A stretch of 33,597 nt of DNA, from positions 1 through 33,597 of IMG/VR virus record IMGVR_UViG_3300044676_001308. The stretch is one strand, 5' to 3'. The DNA is from a virus (Duplodnaviria; Caudoviricetes). This document shows positions 1 to 8,166 of this stretch, piece after piece. Both the position numbers and the translations under genes were made by a program. Numbering within the stretch: position 1 is the first letter of the stretch; the number at the start of each line of letters is the position of its first letter. The notes below the pieces were generated by a model. It did no database searches. It was not told the DNA's origin and saw only the letters and a list, made by a program, of their open reading frames with translations.

Positions 1-29
1 AACCATTCAAGTACGATCCACCGGCGTAA
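1..29 (+). CDS. 3' end of upstream tail-fibre-associated gene (probably SPRY/lectin-domain), ends ...PFKYDPPA*
   Basis: Codons from position 3 read PFKYDPPA then TAA at 27-29. PF.Y.PP resembles the C-terminal motif of phage SPRY-like domains. Partial gene. Confidence 0.5.
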
Positions 30-38
30 GGAACAGAG

Positions 39-1145
39 ATGGCATATTTACCACTAAGCACAGCCAACCTACCTGACCCTGCGATAGACCCTGCACAGGA
101 AAGTAGTCCTGCTGATTACTTTGGATCAGTCGTTTGGTCAGGGAATAGCAGTGCAACAAAACGTACAGATATTCAATTTGATGGTGTTCAGCCTGATTTA
201 GTTTGGCTTAAAAATAGAACACTAAGCCGTGATCATGCATTACATGACGATGTTCGTGGACTTAATGCAAGAATTAAATCAAACAACACAGAAGCAGAAT
301 CTACCTCTGACGCTCCTTTTGATACAGACGGTTTTGGTTTTAACGGTGTAGACACACAACTACGCATAGCAACTACTAATTCATCTTACAATGCTTCTGG
401 ATCATCTTATGTTGCTTGGGGTTGGAAGGCTTCTGGCGCATCTGGTGTAGCCAACAATGTAGGCTCTATCCCTTCAACAGTCAGTGCGAATACGGAGTCT
501 GGGTTTAGTATTGTTAGTTATACTGGAGATACAACAACAACTCCCGCTACTGTTGGACATGGTTTAAGTCAAAAACCTGAGATGATATTGTTTAAACGCA
601 GAACAGGCTCAAGCACCGCTGACTGGAATGTCTATCATCAAGCTATCGGTGCCACTGGCCGACTTAAATTAAATTTAACAGATGCTTCTCAAACAACGAG
701 TACATCTTTTAATGACACAGAGCCAACTAATACTGAATTTACTGTAAACACGGCAACTCAAGTAAACCCTGATGGTGACGATGTTATAGCCTACTGCTTC
801 CACTCAGTCGATGGATTCAGCAAGCTAGGCTCATACACTGGCAACGGTAGTACAGATGGCCCATTTGTGTACACAGGGTTTAGACCTGCTTTTGTGATGA
901 TTAAGTGTTCTTCTGCCGCTAGTACAATGTGGATTATGTTTGATGCTGAAAGAGATACATACAATGTAGTTGATACTTATCTTCAAGCACAAGCGACTAA
1001 CGCTGAGGCAAGTTTTCCTTTTATGGATTATGTATCCAATGGTTTTAAACATAGACACAACTCTAGCCACACCAATACAAGTGGACAGACATACATCTAC
1101 ATGGCTTTTGCCGAAAACCCATTCAAGTATTCAAATGCGAGGTAA
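39..1145 (+). CDS. Tail fibre/receptor-binding-associated protein (DUF7483-like, common in marine phages)
   Basis: AAGGA SD. Motifs QPDLVWLKNR, GFSIVSYTG, GHGL..KPEMI, IAYCFHSVDGFSKLGSYTGNG, GFRPAFVMIK, YIYMAFAENPFK. Confidence 0.75.
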   Translation: MAYLPLSTANLPDPAIDPAQESSPADYFGSVVWSGNSSATKRTDIQFDGVQPDLVWLKNRTLSRDHALHDDVRGLNARIKSNNTEAESTSDAPFDTDGFGFNGVDTQLRIATTNSSYNASGSSYVAWGWKASGASGVANNVGSIPSTVSANTESGFSIVSYTGDTTTTPATVGHGLSQKPEMILFKRRTGSSTADWNVYHQAIGATGRLKLNLTDASQTTSTSFNDTEPTNTEFTVNTATQVNPDGDDVIAYCFHSVDGFSKLGSYTGNGSTDGPFVYTGFRPAFVMIKCSSAASTMWIMFDAERDTYNVVDTYLQAQATNAEASFPFMDYVSNGFKHRHNSSHTNTSGQTYIYMAFAENPFKYSNAR

Positions 1146-1151
1146 CAAATA

Positions 1152-1700
1152 ATGTGGACTTACTTAGGTAGAGTCATCAAGCAAGGCAGGGCTTGGACAG
1201 ACGCTGAAGGCGTACAGCATCCTGCACAGTGGAATCGTTGGACAGACGAGGAGAAGACATCAGCAGGTCTGGTGTGGAATCAGGACTTACAGCCTGTACC
1301 GTTCGACAATCGCTTCTACTGGAGTGCTGATGTACCAAAGGCATTGGATGACGTCAACGCTGTCGATGAAGATGGCAATCCTGTACTGGATGAAGATGGT
1401 GTGCAGATCGTTACCAAGGGTCTAAAGAGCAATGCAATCGCCCAAGTCAAAGCAACAGCGGCAGGACTCCTACAACCAACTGATTGGATGGTTACACGCA
1501 AGGCAGAGGTTGGAACAGCGATACCAGATTCCGTATTGGATTACAGAGCGGCTGTCCGTACTGCGTCAGGAGCTATTGAAACAGCAATCCTAGGCACTAC
1601 TACCTTGGAAGCATTTAAGGCTCTCTATGACGCTCCTGTGGACGCTGACGGTATGCCTACAGGTAATGCACCGATTAATGACTGGCCTGATACGATCTAA
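1152..1700 (+). CDS. Putative tail fibre assembly chaperone
   Basis: LLQPTDWMVTRKAE...YRAAVRT motif typical of chaperone-like proteins. Lies directly after a fibre gene. Confidence 0.6.
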   Translation: MWTYLGRVIKQGRAWTDAEGVQHPAQWNRWTDEEKTSAGLVWNQDLQPVPFDNRFYWSADVPKALDDVNAVDEDGNPVLDEDGVQIVTKGLKSNAIAQVKATAAGLLQPTDWMVTRKAEVGTAIPDSVLDYRAAVRTASGAIETAILGTTTLEAFKALYDAPVDADGMPTGNAPINDWPDTI

Positions 1701-1709
1701 GGGTAGGAT

Positions 1710-1901
1710 GTGAAAGAGATGGCAACTGAAAGCACTAAGACACTCATTGATGGTTTAAGTGTAGTAACCGTGGTAGGAACGATTGGTGAACTGTTGCCTC
1801 CGATGGCGGCGTTGTTTACATTGATATGGACAGCAATAAGAATCTACGAAACTAAGACAGTACAGAGGTTATTGGGCAAGGATAGCCCTGATGATAGCTG
1901 A
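1710..1901 (+). CDS. Small membrane protein, putative holin
   Basis: Two hydrophobic segments and a charged C-terminus. AGGA SD before GTG; alternative ATG at 1719. Confidence 0.5.
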   Translation: MKEMATESTKTLIDGLSVVTVVGTIGELLPPMAALFTLIWTAIRIYETKTVQRLLGKDSPDDS

Positions 1902-2331
1902 ACTAGCCGCCGCTAATGCGGCCTTTGGAGTTATTAAAGAAACCATTGCTAATGGTAAAGAACTCTATGAAGCAGGACAGGCACTAGCAGACTACTTTGG
2001 TCTCAAGGCTGAGATACAAAAGAAAGCACATGAACACGGATATAAGTCTGACCTTGAAGCGTTCATGGCTACAGAGCAACTCAAAGAATATGAGGAGGCT
2101 CTGAAACAAATGATGATCTGGCAAGGGCGAGCCGGGTTATGGACAGATTGGTTAGACTACCAGAAGAAGATGAAGGAAAGCCGTGAAGCCGCTGAACGAG
2201 CAGAGAAAGCCAAGAAAGCTAAACGCAAGAAACAGATTGTTGATTGGTGCGTTGGGATTGGTTTGGGCATTAGCGTTCTCTCAGCCGTTGGTTTGGTGAT
2301 ATACATCTTCTACTGGCTCAGTAAACAGTAG
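1891..2331 (+). CDS. Coiled-coil protein with C-terminal membrane anchor, function unknown
   Basis: Helical charged body, C-terminal TM segment WCVGIGLGISVLSAVGLVIYIFYWL, overlaps the upstream stop. Confidence 0.65.
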   Translation: MIAELAAANAAFGVIKETIANGKELYEAGQALADYFGLKAEIQKKAHEHGYKSDLEAFMATEQLKEYEEALKQMMIWQGRAGLWTDWLDYQKKMKESREAAERAEKAKKAKRKKQIVDWCVGIGLGISVLSAVGLVIYIFYWLSKQ

Positions 2332-2338
2332 GTCACTT

Positions 2339-2521
2339 ATGTGGTTATTATTTGCAATCCTAATTCAAGCTGATGGCTACGCTGTCTATCCTCAAGGGCC
2401 GTTTGCAACAATGGACGAGTGCTTTAAAGCCCGTGAGTATTTCATGGCAACAGCACCACAGCCTAAGATTAACTATGATGCAATTTGCATACAGACGGAC
2501 GTAACAGGTAATCCCACATGA
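2339..2521 (+). CDS. Small exported/membrane protein with two Cys
   Basis: Hydrophobic N-terminus, F.TMDEC...C pattern, ATGA coupling to the next gene. Confidence 0.55.
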   Translation: MWLLFAILIQADGYAVYPQGPFATMDECFKAREYFMATAPQPKINYDAICIQTDVTGNPT

Positions 2522-2874
2522 TTGGAATTATTTCTAAAATACTTGGCTCAGGCGATGTCATCAAGAAAGGTATGGAGCTAATTGATGATATGCACACTTC
2601 CGATGAGGAAGCTATTGCCGCTAAGTCAAAAGCTAAGATTGACCTCATGAACGCCTATGCTCCATTCAAACTCGCACAACGCTACATTGCTCTGATGTTT
2701 ACAGCAGTGTTTCTCAGTATGTTTGTCCTTGTACTTGCTATGACGTTAGTAGGTGAAGGTGACATTAACGCAGTCAAAACCATCATCGGTGACTTCTGGA
2801 TTGGAGAAATCATGTTGATGATTGTTGGCTTTTACTTTGGCGGCGGTTTAGCCGAATCAGTAAGGAAGAAATAA
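2518..2874 (+). CDS. Holin of the GTA 3TM-holin type
   Basis: IDDMHTSDEE N-terminal motif, hydrophobic helices, C-terminal GFYFGG motif characteristic of the family. Confidence 0.7.
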   Translation: MIGIISKILGSGDVIKKGMELIDDMHTSDEEAIAAKSKAKIDLMNAYAPFKLAQRYIALMFTAVFLSMFVLVLAMTLVGEGDINAVKTIIGDFWIGEIMLMIVGFYFGGGLAESVRKK

Positions 2875-2876
2875 TC

Positions 2877-3017
2877 ATGCCATTAGGAATTAAAATAGAC
2901 GGAAAAACTGTACAAACTTTTCCACCAAAGAAAAAGAAAACTCCTCCAAAAAAGAAAACAGGTGTGCCGGGTACTAAGTATCCTGCCAAGAAAACGCCAA
3001 CTAAAAGGAAAAAGTAA
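2877..3017 (+). CDS. 46-aa Lys/Pro-rich basic microprotein (MPLGIKIDGKTVQTFPPKKKKTPPKKKTGVPGTKYPAKKTPTKRKK)
   Basis: Hand-translated, not in the ORF track. ATG 2 nt after the holin stop; N-terminus paralogous to the next gene. Confidence 0.7.
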   Translation: MPLGIKIDGKTVQTFPPKKKKTPPKKKTGVPGTKYPAKKTPTKRKK

Positions 3018-3018
3018 G

Positions 3019-3255
3019 ATGCCATTAGAAATTAAAGTTGACGGTAAAACTGTAAAGACTTTACCTCCGAAAAAGAAACACCGTGATCCAGCTTCAGCGT
3101 TTGACGAAGGTCGCTTCTTGTCAGGTGACAAAGACCTGCCAAAGCCAAAGGTTAAGAAGCCCCATGCAAGCTGTAAAACGCCTGAAGCGTGTGTCGCACA
3201 AAACCGTTGCCGTAAGACTGGTAAAAAGCTAGTCAATGGTAAGGTAGCTAAGTAA
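3019..3255 (+). CDS. 78-aa basic microprotein (MPLEIKVDGKTVKTLPPKKK...)
   Basis: ATG at 3019, 1 nt after the previous stop, with AAGGA upstream. Paralogous start to the 2877 gene, so preferred over the track start at 2962. Confidence 0.7.
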   Translation: MPLEIKVDGKTVKTLPPKKKHRDPASAFDEGRFLSGDKDLPKPKVKKPHASCKTPEACVAQNRCRKTGKKLVNGKVAK

Positions 3256-3383
3256 TGCCTTACAGCAAGTACAGCTCTAAGCAGAAGAAACTAGCGGCAG
3301 TAGCTCCCCCTCGTAAGAAGATTACTGCGGCTGATCTGAAGAAGGTAAAGAAGCGTGGCAGTAAAAAGACAAGGAAAAAGTAA
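3255..3383 (+). CDS. 42-aa basic microprotein (MPYSKYSSKQKKLAAVAPPRKKITAADLKKVKKRGSKKTRKK)
   Basis: Hand-translated. TAATG coupling, AAGGT SD. Confidence 0.7.
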   Translation: MPYSKYSSKQKKLAAVAPPRKKITAADLKKVKKRGSKKTRKK

Positions 3384-3546
3384 AGTCAATGAAGCTGGGA
3401 ACTATACCAAACCTACAATGCGAAAGAACTTATTTAATAAGATCAAAGCAGGAGGCAAGGGAGGCAAACCCGGACAGTGGAGTGCAAGAAAGGCTCAAAT
3501 GCTTGCCAAAGAGTACAAAGCTAAAGGTGGAGGCTATAAGTCATAA
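3355..3546 (+). CDS. Basic protein, DUF5872-like N-terminal half
   Basis: NYTKPTMRK...GGKPGQWSARKAQMLAKEYKAKGGGY motif. Confidence 0.7.
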   Translation: MAVKRQGKSKVNEAGNYTKPTMRKNLFNKIKAGGKGGKPGQWSARKAQMLAKEYKAKGGGYKS

Positions 3547-3794
3547 TGAAAAAGCCACAACTGTCACTGAAAAAGTGGACAAAACAGAAATGGCGTACCA
3601 AGAGTGGCAAGCCATCTACACAAGGCTCCAAAGCTACCGGGGAGCGTTATCTGCCGGAGAAAGCTATCAAGGCGCTTTCCGCAAAAGAATATGCGGCTAC
3701 GACAAGAGCTAAACGAAAAGCAACTAAAGCAGGGAAGCAAGTTGCTAAACAACCTAAGAAGGTTGCACAGAAGACTGCAAAGTATCGTAAGTAA
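3546..3794 (+). CDS. Basic protein, DUF5872-like C-terminal half
   Basis: QLSLKKWTKQKWRTKSG...ERYLPEKAIKALS motif. TAATG coupling. Confidence 0.7.
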   Translation: MKKPQLSLKKWTKQKWRTKSGKPSTQGSKATGERYLPEKAIKALSAKEYAATTRAKRKATKAGKQVAKQPKKVAQKTAKYRK

Positions 3795-3795
3795 T

Positions 3796-3824
3796 TTGAC
3801 ATTTAACATATTTTATGGTATAAT
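3796..3824 (+). promoter_or_regulatory. Consensus sigma70 promoter
   Basis: TTGACA (3796-3801), 17-nt spacer, TATAAT (3819-3824) with TGn extension, in an intergenic gap. Confidence 0.8.
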
Positions 3825-3827
3825 ACA

Positions 3828-4172
3828 ATGGCTACAAAACGCTCACTTGGTAAAGCACTAACAACGTCACTGACAGATATCTACGAAGTTCCTGCTAACA
3901 AGCGAGCTGAGTGGCTTTTAGTGTACATCACCAACACAGCCGGGTCTACAGAGACTGTGACAGTCACTTACTATGATGCTTCTGAGACTGCGTCATTGCC
4001 TGTGTTAGATGCCTACTCCCTTTCCGCTAAAGAGTTCTTTCAGTTAGGCGGCAACTACAACGAGTTTATCATGATGGAAGCAGGTGATAAGATTCAAGCG
4101 TCTGCAACAGCCAATGCAACAATCCTTGTCTCCGTGTTAGAACACAATGCTACCGCTGTGAGAGGTGAGTAA
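3828..4172 (+). CDS. Small beta-rich putative virion structural protein
   Basis: IY.VP...ITN....V.V...MEAGDKIQAS pattern common in aquatic phage structural modules. Confidence 0.6.
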   Translation: MATKRSLGKALTTSLTDIYEVPANKRAEWLLVYITNTAGSTETVTVTYYDASETASLPVLDAYSLSAKEFFQLGGNYNEFIMMEAGDKIQASATANATILVSVLEHNATAVRGE

Positions 4173-4459
4173 TGGCTGATAAGAAAGATCCAAGATTAGC
4201 TCGTGCAGGTGTTGCAGGCTATAACAAACCTAAGAGAACCCCTAACCACCCGAAGAAGTCTCATGTTGTAGTCGCTAAAGTAGGCGATCAAGTAAAGACT
4301 ATCCGGTTTGGTCAACAGGGTGTTAAAGGCGCTGGTAAAAATCCGACAAGCGCTAAAGACAAAGCACGTAAAAAATCATATTATGCCCGTCATAATGCTC
4401 AAGATTCCAGTCCTTCAAAGCTATCAGCACGGTATTGGTCACATAAGGTTAAGTGGTAA
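4172..4459 (+). CDS. Conserved basic viral protein (RFGQQG...YYARH...YWS family)
   Basis: GAGGTG SD, TAATG coupling, very basic composition. Confidence 0.7.
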   Translation: MADKKDPRLARAGVAGYNKPKRTPNHPKKSHVVVAKVGDQVKTIRFGQQGVKGAGKNPTSAKDKARKKSYYARHNAQDSSPSKLSARYWSHKVKW

Positions 4460-5109
4460 TGACATATTTAGAACTTGTAAACTCTGTACTGGTTAGACTG
4501 AGAGAGCGTGAAGTTTCTGCTGTGACAGAAAACACCTACTCTAAGTTGGTCGGTGAGTTTGTGAATGACGCAAAAGAAGAGATTGAGAATGCTTGGGATT
4601 GGTCTCATTTACGTACCACTCTCACTGCGACGACTGTTGCAGACATCTTTGCTTATACTCTTACATCGTCTGGTACTAGACTAAAAGTATTAAATGTTGT
4701 TAATGATACGAGCAACTGGTTTATGGAATATAAATCAGCAGAAGAGTTTACAAACTTGTATTTAAACTATGATAATGTTGATACTGGTTCGCCAAGATAC
4801 TACAGCTTCAATGGCTTAGATGCTAATAATGATACCATTGCGGAAGTTTACCCTAAGCCCGATGCTCAGTATGAACTACGATTTAACCTAGTTGTTCGTC
4901 CCGGGCCTTTAACTAACAATAGTGATGTGCTGTACGCCCCAGAACGCCCTGTTATCATGTTAGCCTATGCTAAAGCATTGGAAGAGCGTGGTGAAGACGG
5001 TGGGGTTACTCCGACCGGTGCATATCTGACAGCAAACCGCATGCTAAATGACGCTATTTCATTCGATCAAGAAAAGCATTCAGAAGAACTTGTGTTTAGG
5101 GCTGTATAA
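4459..5109 (+). CDS. Head-tail adaptor (tail tubular protein A-like)
   Basis: MTYLELVNSVLVRLRE, FVNDAK..IE.AWDW, VYPKPD motifs; position before the nozzle gene. ATG 4459 via TAATG. Confidence 0.75.
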   Translation: MTYLELVNSVLVRLREREVSAVTENTYSKLVGEFVNDAKEEIENAWDWSHLRTTLTATTVADIFAYTLTSSGTRLKVLNVVNDTSNWFMEYKSAEEFTNLYLNYDNVDTGSPRYYSFNGLDANNDTIAEVYPKPDAQYELRFNLVVRPGPLTNNSDVLYAPERPVIMLAYAKALEERGEDGGVTPTGAYLTANRMLNDAISFDQEKHSEELVFRAV

Positions 5110-6635
5110 TGTCGCAATTACAAGCTGTTACACTAGCCGCACCGGGATTCTTTGGGCTTAACACTCAAGAATCTGGTATTACCATTTCCAATGGATTTGC
5201 GTTAGAGGCTACCAACTGCATTATCGATAAGTTCGGGCGTATTGGTAGTCGAAAAGGATGGGATGGTTTAAACTCTTCAGCCTTTACAGGTAATACAAGA
5301 GCCATCGCTGAATACACCAAAGCCGATGGCACGTTAGAAATTCTTTACGCCGCTAATAACAAGCTGTTTCGTTTAGAAGATGACTACACCTCAACTGAGT
5401 TGACTGATGCAGACGCCACAGACATTACAATCACTGATGACGACTGGCAGATTATTACGTATAACAACTACGCAGTCTTCGTACAACAAGGTCACCAGAT
5501 GGTGTACTACGATGGCAGTGCAGATACCTACAATGAATACAGCTCTGCACCGGGGTCTACAACACCAAGCTGTGGAGCGGCTTGTTTTAATCGGGTTTGG
5601 GTTGCAGATGACTATGTCGTTTACTGGTCTAAAATCTTAGAGCCTCAGAGCTTCTCAGGGACTGGTACAGGTTATTTAGATATCCGTGAGATCTTTGGTG
5701 AAGACGACACTGTGACAGCCATCACAGCCTATAACAATCGATTGGTGATCTTTGGGAGAAGGAACATTGCATTCTTTGCAGGTGCTGAAGACCCAACAGG
5801 TACATCATTTATGATGACTGATCATATTAAAGGTATTGGATGTATTGCTCGTGACTCTGTGCAAAACGTAGGAAGCGATGTAGTCTTTTTAGCTTCGGAC
5901 GGGGTACGTACTGTCGGGAGAACTATTCAAGAGCAGTCTTCCCCAATCGGTGACGTTTCTAAGAATGTACGTGATGATATTGTACAGTATGTTGCAGGTG
6001 AATCAGAGTTCAGAATTAAATCAATTTACTCCCCCACAGATGCATTTTATTTACTGACATTGCCTGCAACCGGTTATACATATTGTTTTGATATGCGTGT
6101 TCCATTACAGGATGGTAGTCGTCGAGTGACATTATGGACAGATATTACCCCCTCGGCGTTTACTGTTAGAAAAAACAATGATTTGTTAGTAGGGAAAAAT
6201 GGATATATAGGAAGGTATACAGGGTATACAGACAATGGTACAACTTATCGTATGTCCTACTTCACAAACTACTTTGACTTCGGTAACTCGACTCAGGAAA
6301 CTATCCTAAAAAAGATTCGACTTGCTGTGATCGGAGCCACTAAGCAGGACGCCGCCTTAAAATGGGCGTTTGATTATAACATTGACTACAGTGCAACCTC
6401 TTTTGTCTTGTCTGAAGGCATTACATCAGAATACAATGTTGATGAATACTTCTCAGATGACGATACAGATAATGAAGCGGAATACTCAAGCGGTATTATC
6501 TTGGATAACATCGCATTGAATATTGGTGGTCGAGGAGCTGTTATTCAGATCGGTATTGAAGCTGATATTGAAGGCGGTGCATTGTCATTACAGAAGATGG
6601 ACATCTTTGCAAAATCTGGAAAACTGGTGAGTTAA
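5109..6635 (+). CDS. Tail tubular protein B / nozzle (P22 gp10-like beta-propeller)
   Basis: 508 aa, beta-rich, GIGCIARDSVQNVGSDVVFL motif, synteny. Confidence 0.75.
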   Translation: MSQLQAVTLAAPGFFGLNTQESGITISNGFALEATNCIIDKFGRIGSRKGWDGLNSSAFTGNTRAIAEYTKADGTLEILYAANNKLFRLEDDYTSTELTDADATDITITDDDWQIITYNNYAVFVQQGHQMVYYDGSADTYNEYSSAPGSTTPSCGAACFNRVWVADDYVVYWSKILEPQSFSGTGTGYLDIREIFGEDDTVTAITAYNNRLVIFGRRNIAFFAGAEDPTGTSFMMTDHIKGIGCIARDSVQNVGSDVVFLASDGVRTVGRTIQEQSSPIGDVSKNVRDDIVQYVAGESEFRIKSIYSPTDAFYLLTLPATGYTYCFDMRVPLQDGSRRVTLWTDITPSAFTVRKNNDLLVGKNGYIGRYTGYTDNGTTYRMSYFTNYFDFGNSTQETILKKIRLAVIGATKQDAALKWAFDYNIDYSATSFVLSEGITSEYNVDEYFSDDDTDNEAEYSSGIILDNIALNIGGRGAVIQIGIEADIEGGALSLQKMDIFAKSGKLVS

Positions 6636-7268
6636 ATGAGTAATTATACCAAAGCAACAAACTTTGCATCTAAGGATTCACTCCCGGTAGGTGATGCAAA
6701 CAAGAAAGTGAAGGGTGTAGAAATTGACAATGAGTTTAACGCTATTGCCAATGCTGTTTCTACTAAGTCAGATCTACAGTCTCCTGAATTTACAGGGACT
6801 CCTACCGCACCGACAGCGGCATCCGGGACAAGTTCAACCCAGATAGCTACCACCGCATTTGTACAAGCTAACGGCGTCCCTTCAGGAGCAATACTGCTAT
6901 GGTCTGGTAGTGTAGCGTCAATACCAACTGGTTTTGTTCTCTGTGATGGTACAAATAACACTCCAGACCTACGCAACCGGTTCGTTGTAGGTGCAGGTGA
7001 TACCTATGCAGTCGATGCAACCGGTGGTAGCGCTGATGCCGTTGTGGTTTCGCACACGCACACAATTACAGACCCCGGCCACAACCACTCTGTACCAAAC
7101 TCAGGTAGCCAGAATAACTCGTTTGACTCTGGAACTACTGTCGGTAATGACACAACAGGGACATCAGGTACAGCCACCACAGGAATTACAATTGATTCTG
7201 CGGGTGAATCCGGTACTAACAAAAACTTGCCACCGTACTATGCGTTGGCTTACATCATGAAGAGCTAA
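6636..7268 (+). CDS. Short tail fibre/needle protein with collar-like domain
   Basis: SPEFTGTPTAPT...TQIATTAFV repeat, IPTGFVLCDG...PDLRNRFVVGAG collar motif, NLPPYYALAYIMK end. Confidence 0.75.
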   Translation: MSNYTKATNFASKDSLPVGDANKKVKGVEIDNEFNAIANAVSTKSDLQSPEFTGTPTAPTAASGTSSTQIATTAFVQANGVPSGAILLWSGSVASIPTGFVLCDGTNNTPDLRNRFVVGAGDTYAVDATGGSADAVVVSHTHTITDPGHNHSVPNSGSQNNSFDSGTTVGNDTTGTSGTATTGITIDSAGESGTNKNLPPYYALAYIMKS

Positions 7269-7280
7269 TAGGAAGGTATT

Positions 7281-8165
7281 ATGTGGGGAGCAATTGCAGG
7301 AGCGGCTATCAGCGCCTACGGGTCGTACAAAGCCTCCAAAGCGCAACAGGCTGGTATAGATAAGCAGATAGCGGCAGAGCGTGAAGCTCGTGCGGCTGGT
7401 GAAGAGGCGGCTAAGTTCCGCCCGGTAGGTTTCACAAGCCCTTACGGTGCGATGCGTACAGAGGTCGATGCTGAAGGTCGCTTAACTGATGTAGGCTTTG
7501 ATCTCGATCCTCGCTTTCAACAACGTGCGGACATCTATGCAGGCTTAGGTGAGCAGATGCTAGGTGGGATCGACATTGATCCGACAGCGGCGGCACAAGC
7601 TCGTATAGCTCGCTTAGAAGGACTGGCACAGCCCGGTCGAGAGTTAGCACAAGAAAGACTATTCAGCAATCTAGCGGCTAAAGGCTTAACAGGCATCGGC
7701 GTTGACATGGGCTATGGCGGTGCGGCGAATCCGTATGTTATGGCTCAACAGCAGGCTATTGCCCAACAACAAGCTCGTACAGCCGCTGACAGCTACGACT
7801 TAGCTCGCTCAGACATCTCTAAAGACTTGTTGATGGCACAGAGTCTGTTCGGACAGGAGCAGGACATCTACGGACTAGGTCGCTCTGAGATGGAGTATGG
7901 ATTGAACCTTGCAGACCTTGAGCGTCAACGTAGGCTGGAAGCGGCAGGTGTATCAGCGTCAGCCGCCCGTAACATCGCACAGATGCAAGCACAGTCTGGT
8001 AATGTCGCCGCAGGCCGTACAGAGGCGTTACTTAGCTCCCTAGGCCAGTTAGGCGGCAGAGCCTATGATGCAGGGTTGTTTGGAGGTTCTTCAGCGGCTA
8101 CACAGCGTGGGTTAAGCATTGCCCGTAACGATCCATACGCATACGGCGGAACATTCGGAGATTAA
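7281..8165 (+). CDS. Internal virion (ejection/pilot) protein 1
   Basis: Gly/Ala hydrophobic N-terminus, Ala/Gln-rich helices, first of three genes after the tail module. Confidence 0.65.
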   Translation: MWGAIAGAAISAYGSYKASKAQQAGIDKQIAAEREARAAGEEAAKFRPVGFTSPYGAMRTEVDAEGRLTDVGFDLDPRFQQRADIYAGLGEQMLGGIDIDPTAAAQARIARLEGLAQPGRELAQERLFSNLAAKGLTGIGVDMGYGGAANPYVMAQQQAIAQQQARTAADSYDLARSDISKDLLMAQSLFGQEQDIYGLGRSEMEYGLNLADLERQRRLEAAGVSASAARNIAQMQAQSGNVAAGRTEALLSSLGQLGGRAYDAGLFGGSSAATQRGLSIARNDPYAYGGTFGD

Positions 8166-8166
8166 C

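Noticed and set aside
2962-3018. Track N-terminal extension of the 3019 gene
   Set aside because: It overlaps the 2877-3017 gene. The paralogous MPL start and SD support ATG 3019.
6000-6260. AT-richer patch in the nozzle gene (similar patch near 10900-11300)
   Set aside because: The frame is intact and there are no boundary repeats. I cannot distinguish it from ordinary mosaicism by eye.
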